From Candidatus Aminicenantales bacterium (lineage in GTDB: Bacteria > Acidobacteriota > Aminicenantia > Aminicenantales > Aminicenantaceae), in assembly GCA_046760305.1 (NCBI GenBank), contig JBHIDX010000005.1, forward strand, positions 12,150-76,149: a stretch of 64,000 nt of DNA, in the 5' to 3' direction. This document shows, piece by piece, positions 19,323 through 28,763 of this stretch; within the stretch, counting starts at the first letter, position 1; the number at the start of each line of letters is the position of its first letter. Below the pieces are notes generated by a model. It did not search any database and was not told where the DNA came from. It was given only the letters and a program-made list of their open reading frames with translations. A program made the position numbers and the translations under genes.

Positions 19323-20719
19323 CTTCTTTTTTCTCCGTTGTTGAATATAAATTCGAATGATTTTCTTTCTATCTCTTCGTAGAACATTGCCCTGCCAACT
19401 TCACCCCTAAGGCGCCTCACATCCTTTATCCCCATGGCGCTCAGAATCTCTAGAAGCTGGTCTCTCCAGGAGGAAATCATATTCACCATGCGCTGTGCGG
19501 CAAGGTTCTGGTCAAGAGTTTTTATACCAGCCGGGCAGGTATCGAAATCGCACTCACGACAGACCCTACATCCCAGAGCCACAAGAAGAGCGATATCCAG
19601 CACCACAGCATCCGCTCCGCAGATGATGAGCTTCGGCACATGCTCAGCTGCGGCGATGCCGCCTCCACCGATGAGAGTTATTTCGTCCCTTATCCTCTCT
19701 TTGACGAAGGCAAGGTGGAGAGAGCGTATGGACTCGGAGATGAAGTGACCGGTTTCAGCGTTTCGGCCGTGGCTGTCAGCGGTGCAAGTGAGTACATCTG
19801 CCTTTCCTGCTTTAAAGTGCTCTAAGAATTCGCCTGGAAGAGCTGGTGTTGAGGTTGTAAGAGAAATAACCGCGCCCGGATTTCCGACTCTAAGCGTCCG
19901 AAGTACCTCTTCAAGCCAGGAAGTTTCTGTTTTTTTAGCTACGATTATCTCCACAAAGCCTACTTTCCTCCAGGGAACTTTCTCAAGCTCTGATGTTTTC
20001 TCAAGCCTTAACCTGAGAGCGAGAAACGGAAGATAGGGAATAAGTTCATCCCGCCAATCCTCGATGTCGAGCAGGGCAAGCGTTCCTGTTATCTGGGCTG
20101 TCTTGATGACAGGCATGAGGATGCTCTCAGAGCGCAGGCCCAAGGGTCTTGTCTCGAGGAGCATCGGAATCTTTATTTCGGCCACAGGGAGTGAAGAGGG
20201 ATGTTCGAAATTGCTGATAAAGGGAAGTTTTCTTCCAATGTCCACAGCAGTGGCAATGTATTCTCTGCCGTGGATTCCATCCCTTGTCGGCCTCACAATT
20301 TCTGACATATCAGTCCATATGTCATCAAACCCCAATCCCCTGAACCGACCCCGGTAGCCAGCACCGTAGACAGGAATCATTCCCTCTTCTGCCTCATTCC
20401 AGATGGTCCAGATTTTATGGGGAGTCCAGTAGGAATCGCCCAGGTTTTCGTACTCCTCATTTTTGACCATTTTCAGAGCCTGCCGGGGGCAGTTCTGGAT
20501 GCAGGAGAAGCAGTTTTTACAGAGGTGGTTGAGAGGTTCCGCCATCAGGCGCGGGTCTCTGGAGTCGCGCCTGTGAACTCCGTAGATGCACCACTCGGCA
20601 CACTGACCGCAGTTAGCACACTCGTCGCTGCGGATGATAGTGAATTTGCCAATCCGCATCGATTCGAGCTCGGCTGTAGCTGTCTTAATCTGATATCTTT
20701 TATACATTTTTCTTTCCAT
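19319..20719 (-). CDS. Paralogous glutamate-synthase-domain-2-like Fe-S protein (degenerate FMN site)
   Basis: Same architecture as the upstream gene (CANCGQCAEWC, CKNCFSCIQNCP, IGGGGIAAAEHVP...CRVCRECDFDTCP), but the GGTGAAP signature is absent. 4-bp overlaps on both sides. Confidence 0.6.
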   Translation of the reverse strand: MERKMYKRYQIKTATAELESMRIGKFTIIRSDECANCGQCAEWCIYGVHRRDSRDPRLMAEPLNHLCKNCFSCIQNCPRQALKMVKNEEYENLGDSYWTPHKIWTIWNEAEEGMIPVYGAGYRGRFRGLGFDDIWTDMSEIVRPTRDGIHGREYIATAVDIGRKLPFISNFEHPSSLPVAEIKIPMLLETRPLGLRSESILMPVIKTAQITGTLALLDIEDWRDELIPYLPFLALRLRLEKTSELEKVPWRKVGFVEIIVAKKTETSWLEEVLRTLRVGNPGAVISLTTSTPALPGEFLEHFKAGKADVLTCTADSHGRNAETGHFISESIRSLHLAFVKERIRDEITLIGGGGIAAAEHVPKLIICGADAVVLDIALLVALGCRVCRECDFDTCPAGIKTLDQNLAAQRMVNMISSWRDQLLEILSAMGIKDVRRLRGEVGRAMFYEEIERKSFEFIFNNGEKRR

Positions 20720-22505
20720 TTGTGTTTTTAGGGATTGATAAAGAGAAGGCTGTGAAGAGCTCTTTACACCGAGGATTACTTTCGACTTCTTTCACAAAAG
20801 CTTCTATCTCTTCTTCTTTCGGCTTTCCGTATTTTTTCTCCACCCTTGATTCAAGTCTTTCCCAGAGGGACATTAAGCTGAGCTTACTCTGACAGACGAG
20901 CTCGCAGAGATGGCAGTGAAGGCAGAAGAAAATTTTCCTCGCTGTCTCCGGGGGAAGAAATGAGCCTTTTTTAAAATGCTTTATCAGGAAGAGTTTTCCT
21001 TTGGCAGTGATAATTTCATTCCTCTTCATGAGGTAGGCCGGGCAGGCGGCGGTGCAGGCACCGCAGCTTGAACAGGCCTCAGGTTCAGAGAGTGGACGGT
21101 GATTGTTCTTGCCGTTGGAAGAGGCAAAAATTCCGATTTTCCTGAAAAAAGAGCTTTTCTCGGGGAAAAGGCCGCTCATCCTGTAGGTGAACTTAAGCAG
21201 CCTCCCCGTGGGGTGAGTTGGAGAGAAAGATTTCGAGGTGTTCATCAGATTGTGTGGGTCAACGGATTTCTTGAATCGGGAATATTCTGCGAGCGCTGGG
21301 GGAGAGTATTTTTTCTCGAGCAGAGGCAGGTTCCACAACCCGATGTTGTAAGGCACCCCTCCTGACTTAACTGCGATTCGGGCCAGAGAGTAAGTCAGGA
21401 AGAGGTGGAGAAGATGCGTAAGCCCTCTGCTCGCTGAAGGGAAAAGAGTAAAAACAACAGCTTCTTTTCTGTTTATAAGACTTGCTTCAGAGGAAAGGCT
21501 AAGACCGTAGCTGGCAGCAAACTCTCTGGCACGCGCAATGTAGGAACTGAGTTTTTCAACAGGGAGTATTGTTTCGCAGCCGAGAAGCGAAGGATAGCGT
21601 TTTTTCACAGAGAAGGGGAAGTAGCGTTCGTTCCAGAGGAAAGAAGTGAGGTAGTCTTCAGCAGGAAACCCTCCTCTTTTTTCGGTCAGATTCAGGAGCT
21701 CTTTCTCGAGTGATTCAGATTTGTCGAAGACGACAAAAACACCTTCCATTTCAGGGAAAGAAAGGCCTCCTTTGAGGAGATAACCTTTTTCTTTGAGCCT
21801 GTACCTGTCCAGGAAAAGGGCAGTTAGAGGCGCAATTTTGAGGCGGACTAGCTCGCCGATGAAGTTCTCCGCCTCCCGGACAGAGTTAAAAAAGAGAAGA
21901 TATGGTTTTAAGGGTTTTTTTTCTCTAAGAGCGAGTTTAATCCTGGTGATTATGCCCATCTGGCCTTCAGAGCCCATGAAGTATTTAAAACCAGGATCAT
22001 GACGGAGGAGAAGTTTTTTTCCGGAAGGAGTCACGACTTCAATCGAGATAACCGAATTTGCCACATGACCGTACTTAAGGCTGTTAAGTCCGTAGCCGCC
22101 AGTTGCCAGCCATCCACCCACAGTAGAAAAGAGGCTTGTAGGGCAGGTATAAAGGTCGAGGCCGAAGTCGGCAAGTGTCTTTTTTAATTCCCACCAGCGC
22201 GTGCCTGCCTCGAGAAGCACTGTTCTTTTTTTGCTCTCGATATCGAGGATTCTGTTCAGAGATGTTGTGTCCACCATCAGAGATTTGCGGAGAGGAATGA
22301 GAGATCCTGTGCCTGATGTTGCCGCTCCTCTGGGGATTACCGAGAGATTGTTTTTTTTTGAGTAAGAAAAAATCTTCTCCACATCATCTTCATTTTCAGG
22401 CTGAATTACTTCTTTTACTCCGGGTAGAAAGCCGGTGATGAACTCCGGCACTTCAATTGTTTCCTTCATATAAAGTTTGACTTCAAGGGGTGAATCAATT
22501 ATCAT
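20700..22505 (-). CDS. FAD-linked oxidase (FAD_binding_4 / GlcD-like) fused to a C-terminal 2x[4Fe-4S] ferredoxin domain
   Basis: VIPRGAATSGTGS FAD-binding pattern. C-terminal CSSCGACTAACP and CLHCHLCELVCQ motifs. About 600 aa. Confidence 0.75.
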   Translation of the reverse strand: MIIDSPLEVKLYMKETIEVPEFITGFLPGVKEVIQPENEDDVEKIFSYSKKNNLSVIPRGAATSGTGSLIPLRKSLMVDTTSLNRILDIESKKRTVLLEAGTRWWELKKTLADFGLDLYTCPTSLFSTVGGWLATGGYGLNSLKYGHVANSVISIEVVTPSGKKLLLRHDPGFKYFMGSEGQMGIITRIKLALREKKPLKPYLLFFNSVREAENFIGELVRLKIAPLTALFLDRYRLKEKGYLLKGGLSFPEMEGVFVVFDKSESLEKELLNLTEKRGGFPAEDYLTSFLWNERYFPFSVKKRYPSLLGCETILPVEKLSSYIARAREFAASYGLSLSSEASLINRKEAVVFTLFPSASRGLTHLLHLFLTYSLARIAVKSGGVPYNIGLWNLPLLEKKYSPPALAEYSRFKKSVDPHNLMNTSKSFSPTHPTGRLLKFTYRMSGLFPEKSSFFRKIGIFASSNGKNNHRPLSEPEACSSCGACTAACPAYLMKRNEIITAKGKLFLIKHFKKGSFLPPETARKIFFCLHCHLCELVCQSKLSLMSLWERLESRVEKKYGKPKEEEIEAFVKEVESNPRCKELFTAFSLSIPKNTNGKKNV

Positions 22506-22645
22506 TTTTTTATCTCTTAAGGGAGTATATTTTCATAGGTAAATATTTTAGAGAAAAATATTTCCATTTGTCAAGATTTATATTATAATTAATTACAAAA
22601 ACATTTATTAAAGACTATTTTTATTACAGCTAGCAGGAGGCGAAA

Positions 22646-23089
22646 ATGGCTGAAGACATAGAACGGAAGATTATCAGAGCACTTAACCAGAATGCGCGCA
22701 AGAGTTTCAGGGAGATTGCCAAAGAGATTGGCTCCTCCACCCCGGCCGTGATAAACAACATAAAAAAACTGGAAAAGTCTGGAGCTATAAAGGGATACAT
22801 TCCTGTAGTTGACCCTGGATATTTCGGCTATGAACTGACTGCGGTCATTGCACTCAGGATTTCTCACGGGAAGCTGATCGAGACTCAGGAGAAAATTGCC
22901 GAAGACCCTCATGTGACTACCATCTATGATGTCACTGGAGATTGGGATTCACTGGTGATTGCTTATTTTAAAGGCAGAGAGGAACTCAACACCTTCATAA
23001 AGAATTTACTCTCTCAGAAATACGTGGACAGAACAATAACCCACATTGTGCTTAACACAGTTAAAGATGAACGGCGGATAAAGGTGTAG
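22646..23089 (+). CDS. Lrp/AsnC family transcriptional regulator
   Basis: N-terminal HTH (RKSFREIAKEIGSSTPAVINNIKKLEKSGAI) plus a RAM-like C-terminal domain. Divergent to the GOGAT-like operon. Confidence 0.85.
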   Translation: MAEDIERKIIRALNQNARKSFREIAKEIGSSTPAVINNIKKLEKSGAIKGYIPVVDPGYFGYELTAVIALRISHGKLIETQEKIAEDPHVTTIYDVTGDWDSLVIAYFKGREELNTFIKNLLSQKYVDRTITHIVLNTVKDERRIKV

Positions 23090-23151
23090 TAATTGTTTCT
23101 TTTCTTGACAAAGGATTCTGGCTGGTTACAATCGTGAGTCGGGAATGAAAA

Positions 23152-24966
23152 ATGTGCGGAATTTTTGGCATTGTTTTCAGAGACTACAGGAAAGACCTGG
23201 GACAGATTCTTCTTAAAGCGGGCAGGAAGCTTACCTACAGGGGCTATGATTCAGTGGGTATGGCAGCTTTCAACTCTGATGCCATTGAGCTGAGAAAGAA
23301 TGTTGGGGAGATTGAAGAGGTGAATGAGAAGCTCCGCTTTGATAGGCTCCAAGGAGTGAAGGGAATTGTCCAGCTCCGCTGGGCAACTTTCGGACCTCCT
23401 TCCCCGAAAAACTCACAGCCTCACCTTGACTGCAGCGGCAAAATGGCGGGAGCCCATAACGGTAATATCATTAACACCAAAGAACTGATTTACGAGCTCA
23501 GCCGCAAGGAGCATAATTTCCAGGGAGAAAATGACGGAGAAGTGGTTCTCCATGTGGTCGAACACTGTTTCAGGAAGACTCAGGACATGAACGCCGCCAT
23601 CCAGGAGGCGGATTCCATCCTCAAAGGAGATTATGCTTATGTCGTATCCAGAGCAGAGGAGGAGAGGATGTTCTGCGTAAAGAAGTACTCCTCCCTCTTT
23701 CTCGGCGTGGGAGACGGCTTTATCTGCTCTTCCTCAGACCTGCCTTCAATCATCCAGTTTACGAAGATGATTGTTCCTCTCTACGATGGAGAGTACGTTG
23801 AGTATACCTGGAAAGATTACAGGATAAGAAAGCTCTCCAGTGGAGAGGAGGTAGAGAGAGAGCCGTATGAGTGCAGTCTCGATATCGAGGAAGCGCGCAA
23901 AGGGGAGTTTCCCCACTTCATGCTCAAGGAAATCTATGAGCAGCCTGAGAAATCAAAAGCGTTGATTGAATTCCTGAAGGAATCTGGGCAGGCAGAGGAA
24001 TTCTGCCGCTCACTGAAGGATGAAAAAAGGATATATCTTGTCGGCTCAGGCTCTTCCTACAATGCCTGTGTCATAGGTTCCTACTACCTGAATAAAATAG
24101 CGGGCCGGGAAGCCGTGCCCGTCATAGCCGGCGCTTTTAAGGAGTTTATGGGCCGGGGTGAACTATCTCAGGGAGCCTACATTCTTGTTTCCCAGAGCGG
24201 TGAGACAAAGGATGTGATTAGCGCGCTCAATTATCTCGAGGAAAGAAAGGCAAGAAAAATATTTGCCGTGGTAAACGTGCTTGGTTCTTCACTTCAGCTC
24301 AGGGTGGAAAATTTCCTACCCCTTCTCTCAAACATTGAAATCAGCGTCCCAGCCACTAAAACTTTTACCAACCAGGTGATTATTTTTCTTTTTCTGGCGC
24401 TCAGTCTCGCCAGAAAGAGAGGTGGAGAATACAGGGCTCTGGAGGATGAATTCAACACCCTGCCTGATTTGATTGGAAAAACCCTCTCCACCACTTCTGA
24501 TAAATGCCGGGCAGTTTCGAGGGAGCTTTCTGCGAGGGATTATCTCTATTATCTCGGCTACGGAATATGTTATGGCGCCTGCCTTGAAGCGGCACTGAAA
24601 ATGAAAGAGATTACCTACATACCCTGTGAAGGCATGTATTCATCCGAGTTCAAACACGGGCCTCTGGCGATCATAAACAAGGGGGATTGGGTGCTTTTTC
24701 TTTCCACCCTCGAGGACTCTTCCATAACTCTCTCTCACATAAACGAAGTGAGCTGCCGCTGGGGAAAAATCTGCACCATTTCCCCGCCCGACGAATCGCT
24801 TTCTCTCAACTCTGACGAGCTAATCGCCCTTCCCAGTCGAAACTACTTTCTAACTCCCCTGCTCGAAGTTATTGTTGCCCAGCAGATTGCTTACTATGTG
24901 AGTCAGGAGAAAGGGATTAATCCTGATCAGCCCCGAAACATCAGCAAGACCCTGACCGTAGATTAG
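23152..24966 (+). CDS. glmS: Glutamine--fructose-6-phosphate aminotransferase (isomerising)
   Basis: MCGIFG N-terminal nucleophile. Two SIS domains. 604 aa. TTGACA-16-TACAAT promoter about 35 nt upstream. Confidence 0.8.
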   Translation: MCGIFGIVFRDYRKDLGQILLKAGRKLTYRGYDSVGMAAFNSDAIELRKNVGEIEEVNEKLRFDRLQGVKGIVQLRWATFGPPSPKNSQPHLDCSGKMAGAHNGNIINTKELIYELSRKEHNFQGENDGEVVLHVVEHCFRKTQDMNAAIQEADSILKGDYAYVVSRAEEERMFCVKKYSSLFLGVGDGFICSSSDLPSIIQFTKMIVPLYDGEYVEYTWKDYRIRKLSSGEEVEREPYECSLDIEEARKGEFPHFMLKEIYEQPEKSKALIEFLKESGQAEEFCRSLKDEKRIYLVGSGSSYNACVIGSYYLNKIAGREAVPVIAGAFKEFMGRGELSQGAYILVSQSGETKDVISALNYLEERKARKIFAVVNVLGSSLQLRVENFLPLLSNIEISVPATKTFTNQVIIFLFLALSLARKRGGEYRALEDEFNTLPDLIGKTLSTTSDKCRAVSRELSARDYLYYLGYGICYGACLEAALKMKEITYIPCEGMYSSEFKHGPLAIINKGDWVLFLSTLEDSSITLSHINEVSCRWGKICTISPPDESLSLNSDELIALPSRNYFLTPLLEVIVAQQIAYYVSQEKGINPDQPRNISKTLTVD

Positions 24967-25166
24967 TTTTTTTCTGCCTTCCTTTTTTTCTTCCAGAGCC
25001 AGGCAAGGATAACAGCCGGGAGCTGGTAGAAAGGGAACATAACTGGGGCCAGAATGTACATGTAGACATTGAAGTTGGAAAGGATGACAAAGATGAAGGC
25101 TGCAGTTCCGGCCAGAGAAGCGATGATGATTCCCGTTATCCAGAGCAGAGACTGTGCTTTATTCAT
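24963..25166 (-). CDS. Small two-TM membrane protein (hypothetical)
   Basis: 67 aa with two hydrophobic helices and a basic C-terminus. No recognisable domain. Confidence 0.3.
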   Translation of the reverse strand: MNKAQSLLWITGIIIASLAGTAAFIFVILSNFNVYMYILAPVMFPFYQLPAVILAWLWKKKRKAEKN

Positions 25167-25193
25167 CCAGTAAATTATACAGTTTTTTTTCGT

Positions 25194-25967
25194 TTATTCG
25201 AACCGGTAGACAAACCCATCAAACTCTGGTTTTTTATAGTGTTTGATTGCTCTCTCGACAACTGAAAAGAAGACATTCTTGCTTTTTTTTATGTTCTTCT
25301 CGAGTACTTCCAGCGGTGTCGGTACATCTTTTATGCCGTTACCATAGTCAACTCCGAAGCCCAGAAGCGCGTAGGGTATTTCCAGCTCACCCGCAAGTAC
25401 GATTTCAGGGCCAGCGGTCTGGCTGATGAAAGATGCGTGGGTACGGAGCATTGAAATCTCTGATTTTGAGTTGAAGCGGGGACCGTTGACGTGAGCGTAG
25501 ACTGCATCTGTTATCGCTTCTTTTGTAGCACCAATAATCAGGCTGCGGAGAGATTCTGAGAAAGGGGAGCTGAACATGTAGTGGCCTCTCCTTTTATCTC
25601 CTGCTCTCTCGTAAACAGTACACAGTTCGCCTCCGGGCAGTCTGTTCTCAGGGAAGTAGAGGTCGCTGAAGACGACCAGTTTCCCCAGCGGGATGTCAGG
25701 GTCGAGCACTCCGCAGACTGTGGTGCCGATTATGGCCTTGGTCTCGAGCGCTTTAAGAGCGAGGATGTTTGCTCTGTAATTAATCATGTTGGGCAGGATT
25801 TTGTGATGCTTTCCGTGACGGGCAAGGTGGATTATTTTTCTTCCCAATAGAGTACCTGTCTTTACACTTACTTTTCCAAACCGGGTTTTTATCTCTTTAA
25901 CTTCTCCTTTTTCCAGGCTGGGAAAATCGTAAAATCCTGTTCCCGAGATTACGGCAAGGTCTATCAT
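25194..25967 (-). CDS. Purine nucleoside phosphorylase family-2 / 5'-methylthioadenosine phosphorylase-like
   Basis: N-terminal LAVISGTGFYD resembles the IIGGSGLYD motif of MTAP. Length about 257 aa. PNP_UDP_1-like C-terminus. Confidence 0.6.
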   Translation of the reverse strand: MIDLAVISGTGFYDFPSLEKGEVKEIKTRFGKVSVKTGTLLGRKIIHLARHGKHHKILPNMINYRANILALKALETKAIIGTTVCGVLDPDIPLGKLVVFSDLYFPENRLPGGELCTVYERAGDKRRGHYMFSSPFSESLRSLIIGATKEAITDAVYAHVNGPRFNSKSEISMLRTHASFISQTAGPEIVLAGELEIPYALLGFGVDYGNGIKDVPTPLEVLEKNIKKSKNVFFSVVERAIKHYKKPEFDGFVYRFE

Positions 25968-26305
25968 CTCACCCTCCTTTTTTTCCTTGGCAGAAAGCAG
26001 AAGAGTAAATAGTCGAAGCCTGCCAGAAAAACTATTACCCCTATTTCGATGAGAAAGAGTTTTGTGTTAAGGCGATTAGTCTCCAGACGGGTTTCTGTAT
26101 ATGATGATTCAAATGGTTTTGATGAAAATAGCTTGGCTAAAAAGGCATAACCACTCTTGGTGGTGGTTGTTTTCGATTTGATGCCAGAATAAGGACCGTA
26201 TGTATTTTTAATCCGGGTATGGGTGGATTTATATGGAACGAATAAAAGAGCAATAATAAGAAGCATTCCGAAAAAGAGAAAGATTCTTTTGCCGCAGGAA
26301 TTCAT
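25964..26305 (-). CDS. Small membrane protein (hypothetical)
   Basis: Start trimmed to the ATG at 26305, which makes an ATGA overlap with the stop of the upstream glycosyltransferase. Contains an N-terminal TM helix and a C-terminal TM helix. Confidence 0.35.
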   Translation of the reverse strand: MNSCGKRIFLFFGMLLIIALLFVPYKSTHTRIKNTYGPYSGIKSKTTTTKSGYAFLAKLFSSKPFESSYTETRLETNRLNTKLFLIEIGVIVFLAGFDYLLFCFLPRKKRRVR

Positions 26306-27534
26306 GGTTTTTCTTTTAAAAGACAACAGCATTCGATTGCCCTGCGGGCGACCCTGGCTGAGCTGAAAAACTCCATAAGCTTCTCCCAGTCTTTCTGCAG
26401 TTGAATGAGATGGAGGAAAGGATTGAAGCTGGGTATGGCCTTTGTGCGGGCAAGATAGATATTGTTCATGCATTCAGAGGCGCCTTCAAACTCTCCCTTG
26501 AGAAGATAATCGAGAGCCAGCATCAGGTTGGAGCGAAAAATCTTCTGTTCGAGGTCATCCTTTAGGAATTCCCCAGGATAGGGATTGAGCTCTTCTGCTT
26601 TCACGACACTCATCTCCTCCCGGGGCTCCTGAGTTTTGAGTTTTTCCCTTTCATACACAAAGCGAAAGATGTCTTCCCGCACACGCTCCCAGGTGGGTGA
26701 GGTTTTTGGGGGGGCTTCATGCTCGATGGCAAGTTGATTATCGAGATAGATGTTGAATCCGAACATACGGGCATTGATCAGAAAATCAATATCCTCTCCC
26801 CTGGTAATCGAAGGGTCAAAGGGAATCCTTGTAAACAGATCCCGGTGAATCACCAAGTTTCCTCCAAAAGCAAAAGGCGTCACTTTGAGCCTTGGTTCCA
26901 GGCCGATAATCTCTTTAAATGCCCTGTTCATGCAGTCAATCTTATTCCAGTATGTCATCCAGGGCTGTGTTTCTCTTTTGAGGAGAAAATCGTTGTCAGG
27001 GTTGAGGTAAAAGCCGGCCACAGCCAGCACCTTCTGACCTTTCTTCCTGCCGGCTATGAATTCAAGAGCTTTGTCCATAAAACCCGGGTCCTCGAATATC
27101 TCGTCATCATCGACCAACACCGCCACCTCAGAGCCTAGAAGATGGGGTAGAAAAAGGCACAGATTGCGGACATTGGAGTAACCATCAAGGCTGAGAAGAG
27201 GAATGAAGTCTTTTTTTCCCTCTTTTTCCAGGTAGCGATAAATCTTCTCAAGGTGAGAATAGGAGAAGAGGAAGGTGGACACAACCCGAGGTGCTTTTTT
27301 AATTACAGCACGGAGTTTCTGTTCCACTTCCTGAATTATCTCTCTTGATGTTGCCGCTCCGATGATGACGAGGCTGAAATCTCTGTTCTCAAGGATGGCA
27401 AGGCTTCGTAGGAGGCGAAGGAGAGTTCCTTCCTCATCTAGGGGAGTGGGGTGGTCGTAGATTATATCTCCCTCTTTACGGCCTTCCTCTTTTCTACGGC
27501 CCCAGTAACTGGGAATGACCATCGTTACCTTCAT
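26302..27534 (-). CDS. Putative GT-A-fold glycosyltransferase-like protein
   Basis: MVIPSYW N-terminus, acidic DDDE and EDID motifs, about 410 aa. Co-transcribed with a GT4 gene. The family assignment is tentative. Confidence 0.45.
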   Translation of the reverse strand: MKVTMVIPSYWGRRKEEGRKEGDIIYDHPTPLDEEGTLLRLLRSLAILENRDFSLVIIGAATSREIIQEVEQKLRAVIKKAPRVVSTFLFSYSHLEKIYRYLEKEGKKDFIPLLSLDGYSNVRNLCLFLPHLLGSEVAVLVDDDEIFEDPGFMDKALEFIAGRKKGQKVLAVAGFYLNPDNDFLLKRETQPWMTYWNKIDCMNRAFKEIIGLEPRLKVTPFAFGGNLVIHRDLFTRIPFDPSITRGEDIDFLINARMFGFNIYLDNQLAIEHEAPPKTSPTWERVREDIFRFVYEREKLKTQEPREEMSVVKAEELNPYPGEFLKDDLEQKIFRSNLMLALDYLLKGEFEGASECMNNIYLARTKAIPSFNPFLHLIQLQKDWEKLMEFFSSARVARRAIECCCLLKEKP

Positions 27535-28763
27535 GGTTTCCTCCTTTTTCTTTTTCCTTCAGGAGGATGCTGCATCATCTCCTCCAGAATCTTTTCAAGA
27601 AGGGCTGCTCCTTTCTCCCAGGCGTATTTCTCCTCCATCAAGTGACGTGCATTCTTCTGGATTTTCAGGTAGAGTTCCTTATCGTTTATGAGTTCAGCCA
27701 CTCCCTGGGCAAAATCCCCGGGGGTGTCAGCAATGATGATGTTTTCTCTGGAAGAGGCTGGGATACCCTCTGCTCCCAGAGAGGTGGAGACCACCGGACG
27801 GCCAAGACTCATGGCTTCGAGTATTTTGCCCCTGAAACCCCCTCCAAGCCTCACCGGATTGACGAATATCTCTGCCTTTCTGAGATAGGGCACAACGTCC
27901 TCAACAGTTCCTGTCACAATAATGGATTTATCTCGAGCAAGTTTCCTAATCTCTTCAGGCGGAGATTGGCCAACGACATAAAATTTTATCTCTGGAACGT
28001 ATTTTTTTAAAAGGGGCCAGATTTGATGATGAAAATAAAGAACTGCATCAACATTCGGATAATGAAGGTAATTTCCGACAAAGACAACACATTTTTCTTC
28101 TTCAGCCCGGGGAGTGAAAGAAAAGGCATTAACATCAACGCCGTGAGGAACAACGGAGACATCAAGGTCAGGAGCAATGCTGAGCAGCTCTTCTTTACCT
28201 TGGGGAGTAAGGGTCAGTACTTTATCCGCATCCCGATAGATGCCAAATTCGTACTTTTTCAGGCCCATGAGGTTTAATGCTTCCTCCAGCTTTGCTTTTC
28301 CCGGTTTGTGAAGGCGAAAGCTTTTGAGGCGCGCCAGATAATAGCATTCATGAACAGAGATTACCTTTCGCACAGGAGGGAGCCAGGGGTTTTTGTACAC
28401 AAACTGACCCATGACCGAATATTCAGCAATCACGAAATCGTATTTTTCTCTTCTTACCATTTCCGCGAGCGTGCATCTCATCTCCTCTGAGCCGTGGTTT
28501 TTCAAAAAATAATGGGGAAGAGACGAAAAGACGATATCCCAGGCAGTTTTAAACACTGAGCGGGGGAGAGGAAAGGGAATCAGCTTCAGCTCGTGGCAGA
28601 AGGGGATGAGGGAGGAGGCGTATTTTTCTTCGCCCGGATGGTAGAAGGCAGCCAGCGAGACCGTATGTTTCCGGGAAAGGTATTTAATCCGGTTGTAGAC
28701 GATGATTGGCCCGCCGATTATTCGGGAATGAGGAAGTTCCTTGCAGGTAAAAAGAATTTTCAT
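27531..28763 (-). CDS. Glycosyltransferase family 4 (GT-B, 'glycosyl transferases group 1')
   Basis: C-terminal VNPVRLGGGFRGKILEAMSLGRPVVST with the EX7E-type motif. Confidence 0.85.
   Translation of the reverse strand: MKILFTCKELPHSRIIGGPIIVYNRIKYLSRKHTVSLAAFYHPGEEKYASSLIPFCHELKLIPFPLPRSVFKTAWDIVFSSLPHYFLKNHGSEEMRCTLAEMVRREKYDFVIAEYSVMGQFVYKNPWLPPVRKVISVHECYYLARLKSFRLHKPGKAKLEEALNLMGLKKYEFGIYRDADKVLTLTPQGKEELLSIAPDLDVSVVPHGVDVNAFSFTPRAEEEKCVVFVGNYLHYPNVDAVLYFHHQIWPLLKKYVPEIKFYVVGQSPPEEIRKLARDKSIIVTGTVEDVVPYLRKAEIFVNPVRLGGGFRGKILEAMSLGRPVVSTSLGAEGIPASSRENIIIADTPGDFAQGVAELINDKELYLKIQKNARHLMEEKYAWEKGAALLEKILEEMMQHPPEGKRKRRKP

Noticed and set aside
23090-23151. Looked for a glmS ribozyme upstream of glmS
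   Set aside because: The 5' UTR between the TTGACA-16-TACAAT promoter and the start codon is only about 25-30 nt, too short for the ribozyme.
25964-26473. 169-aa version of the small membrane protein ORF overlapping the upstream glycosyltransferase by 172 bp
   Set aside because: The internal ATG at 26305 gives an ATGA stop/start overlap typical of this locus. The longer N-terminal extension is probably not translated.
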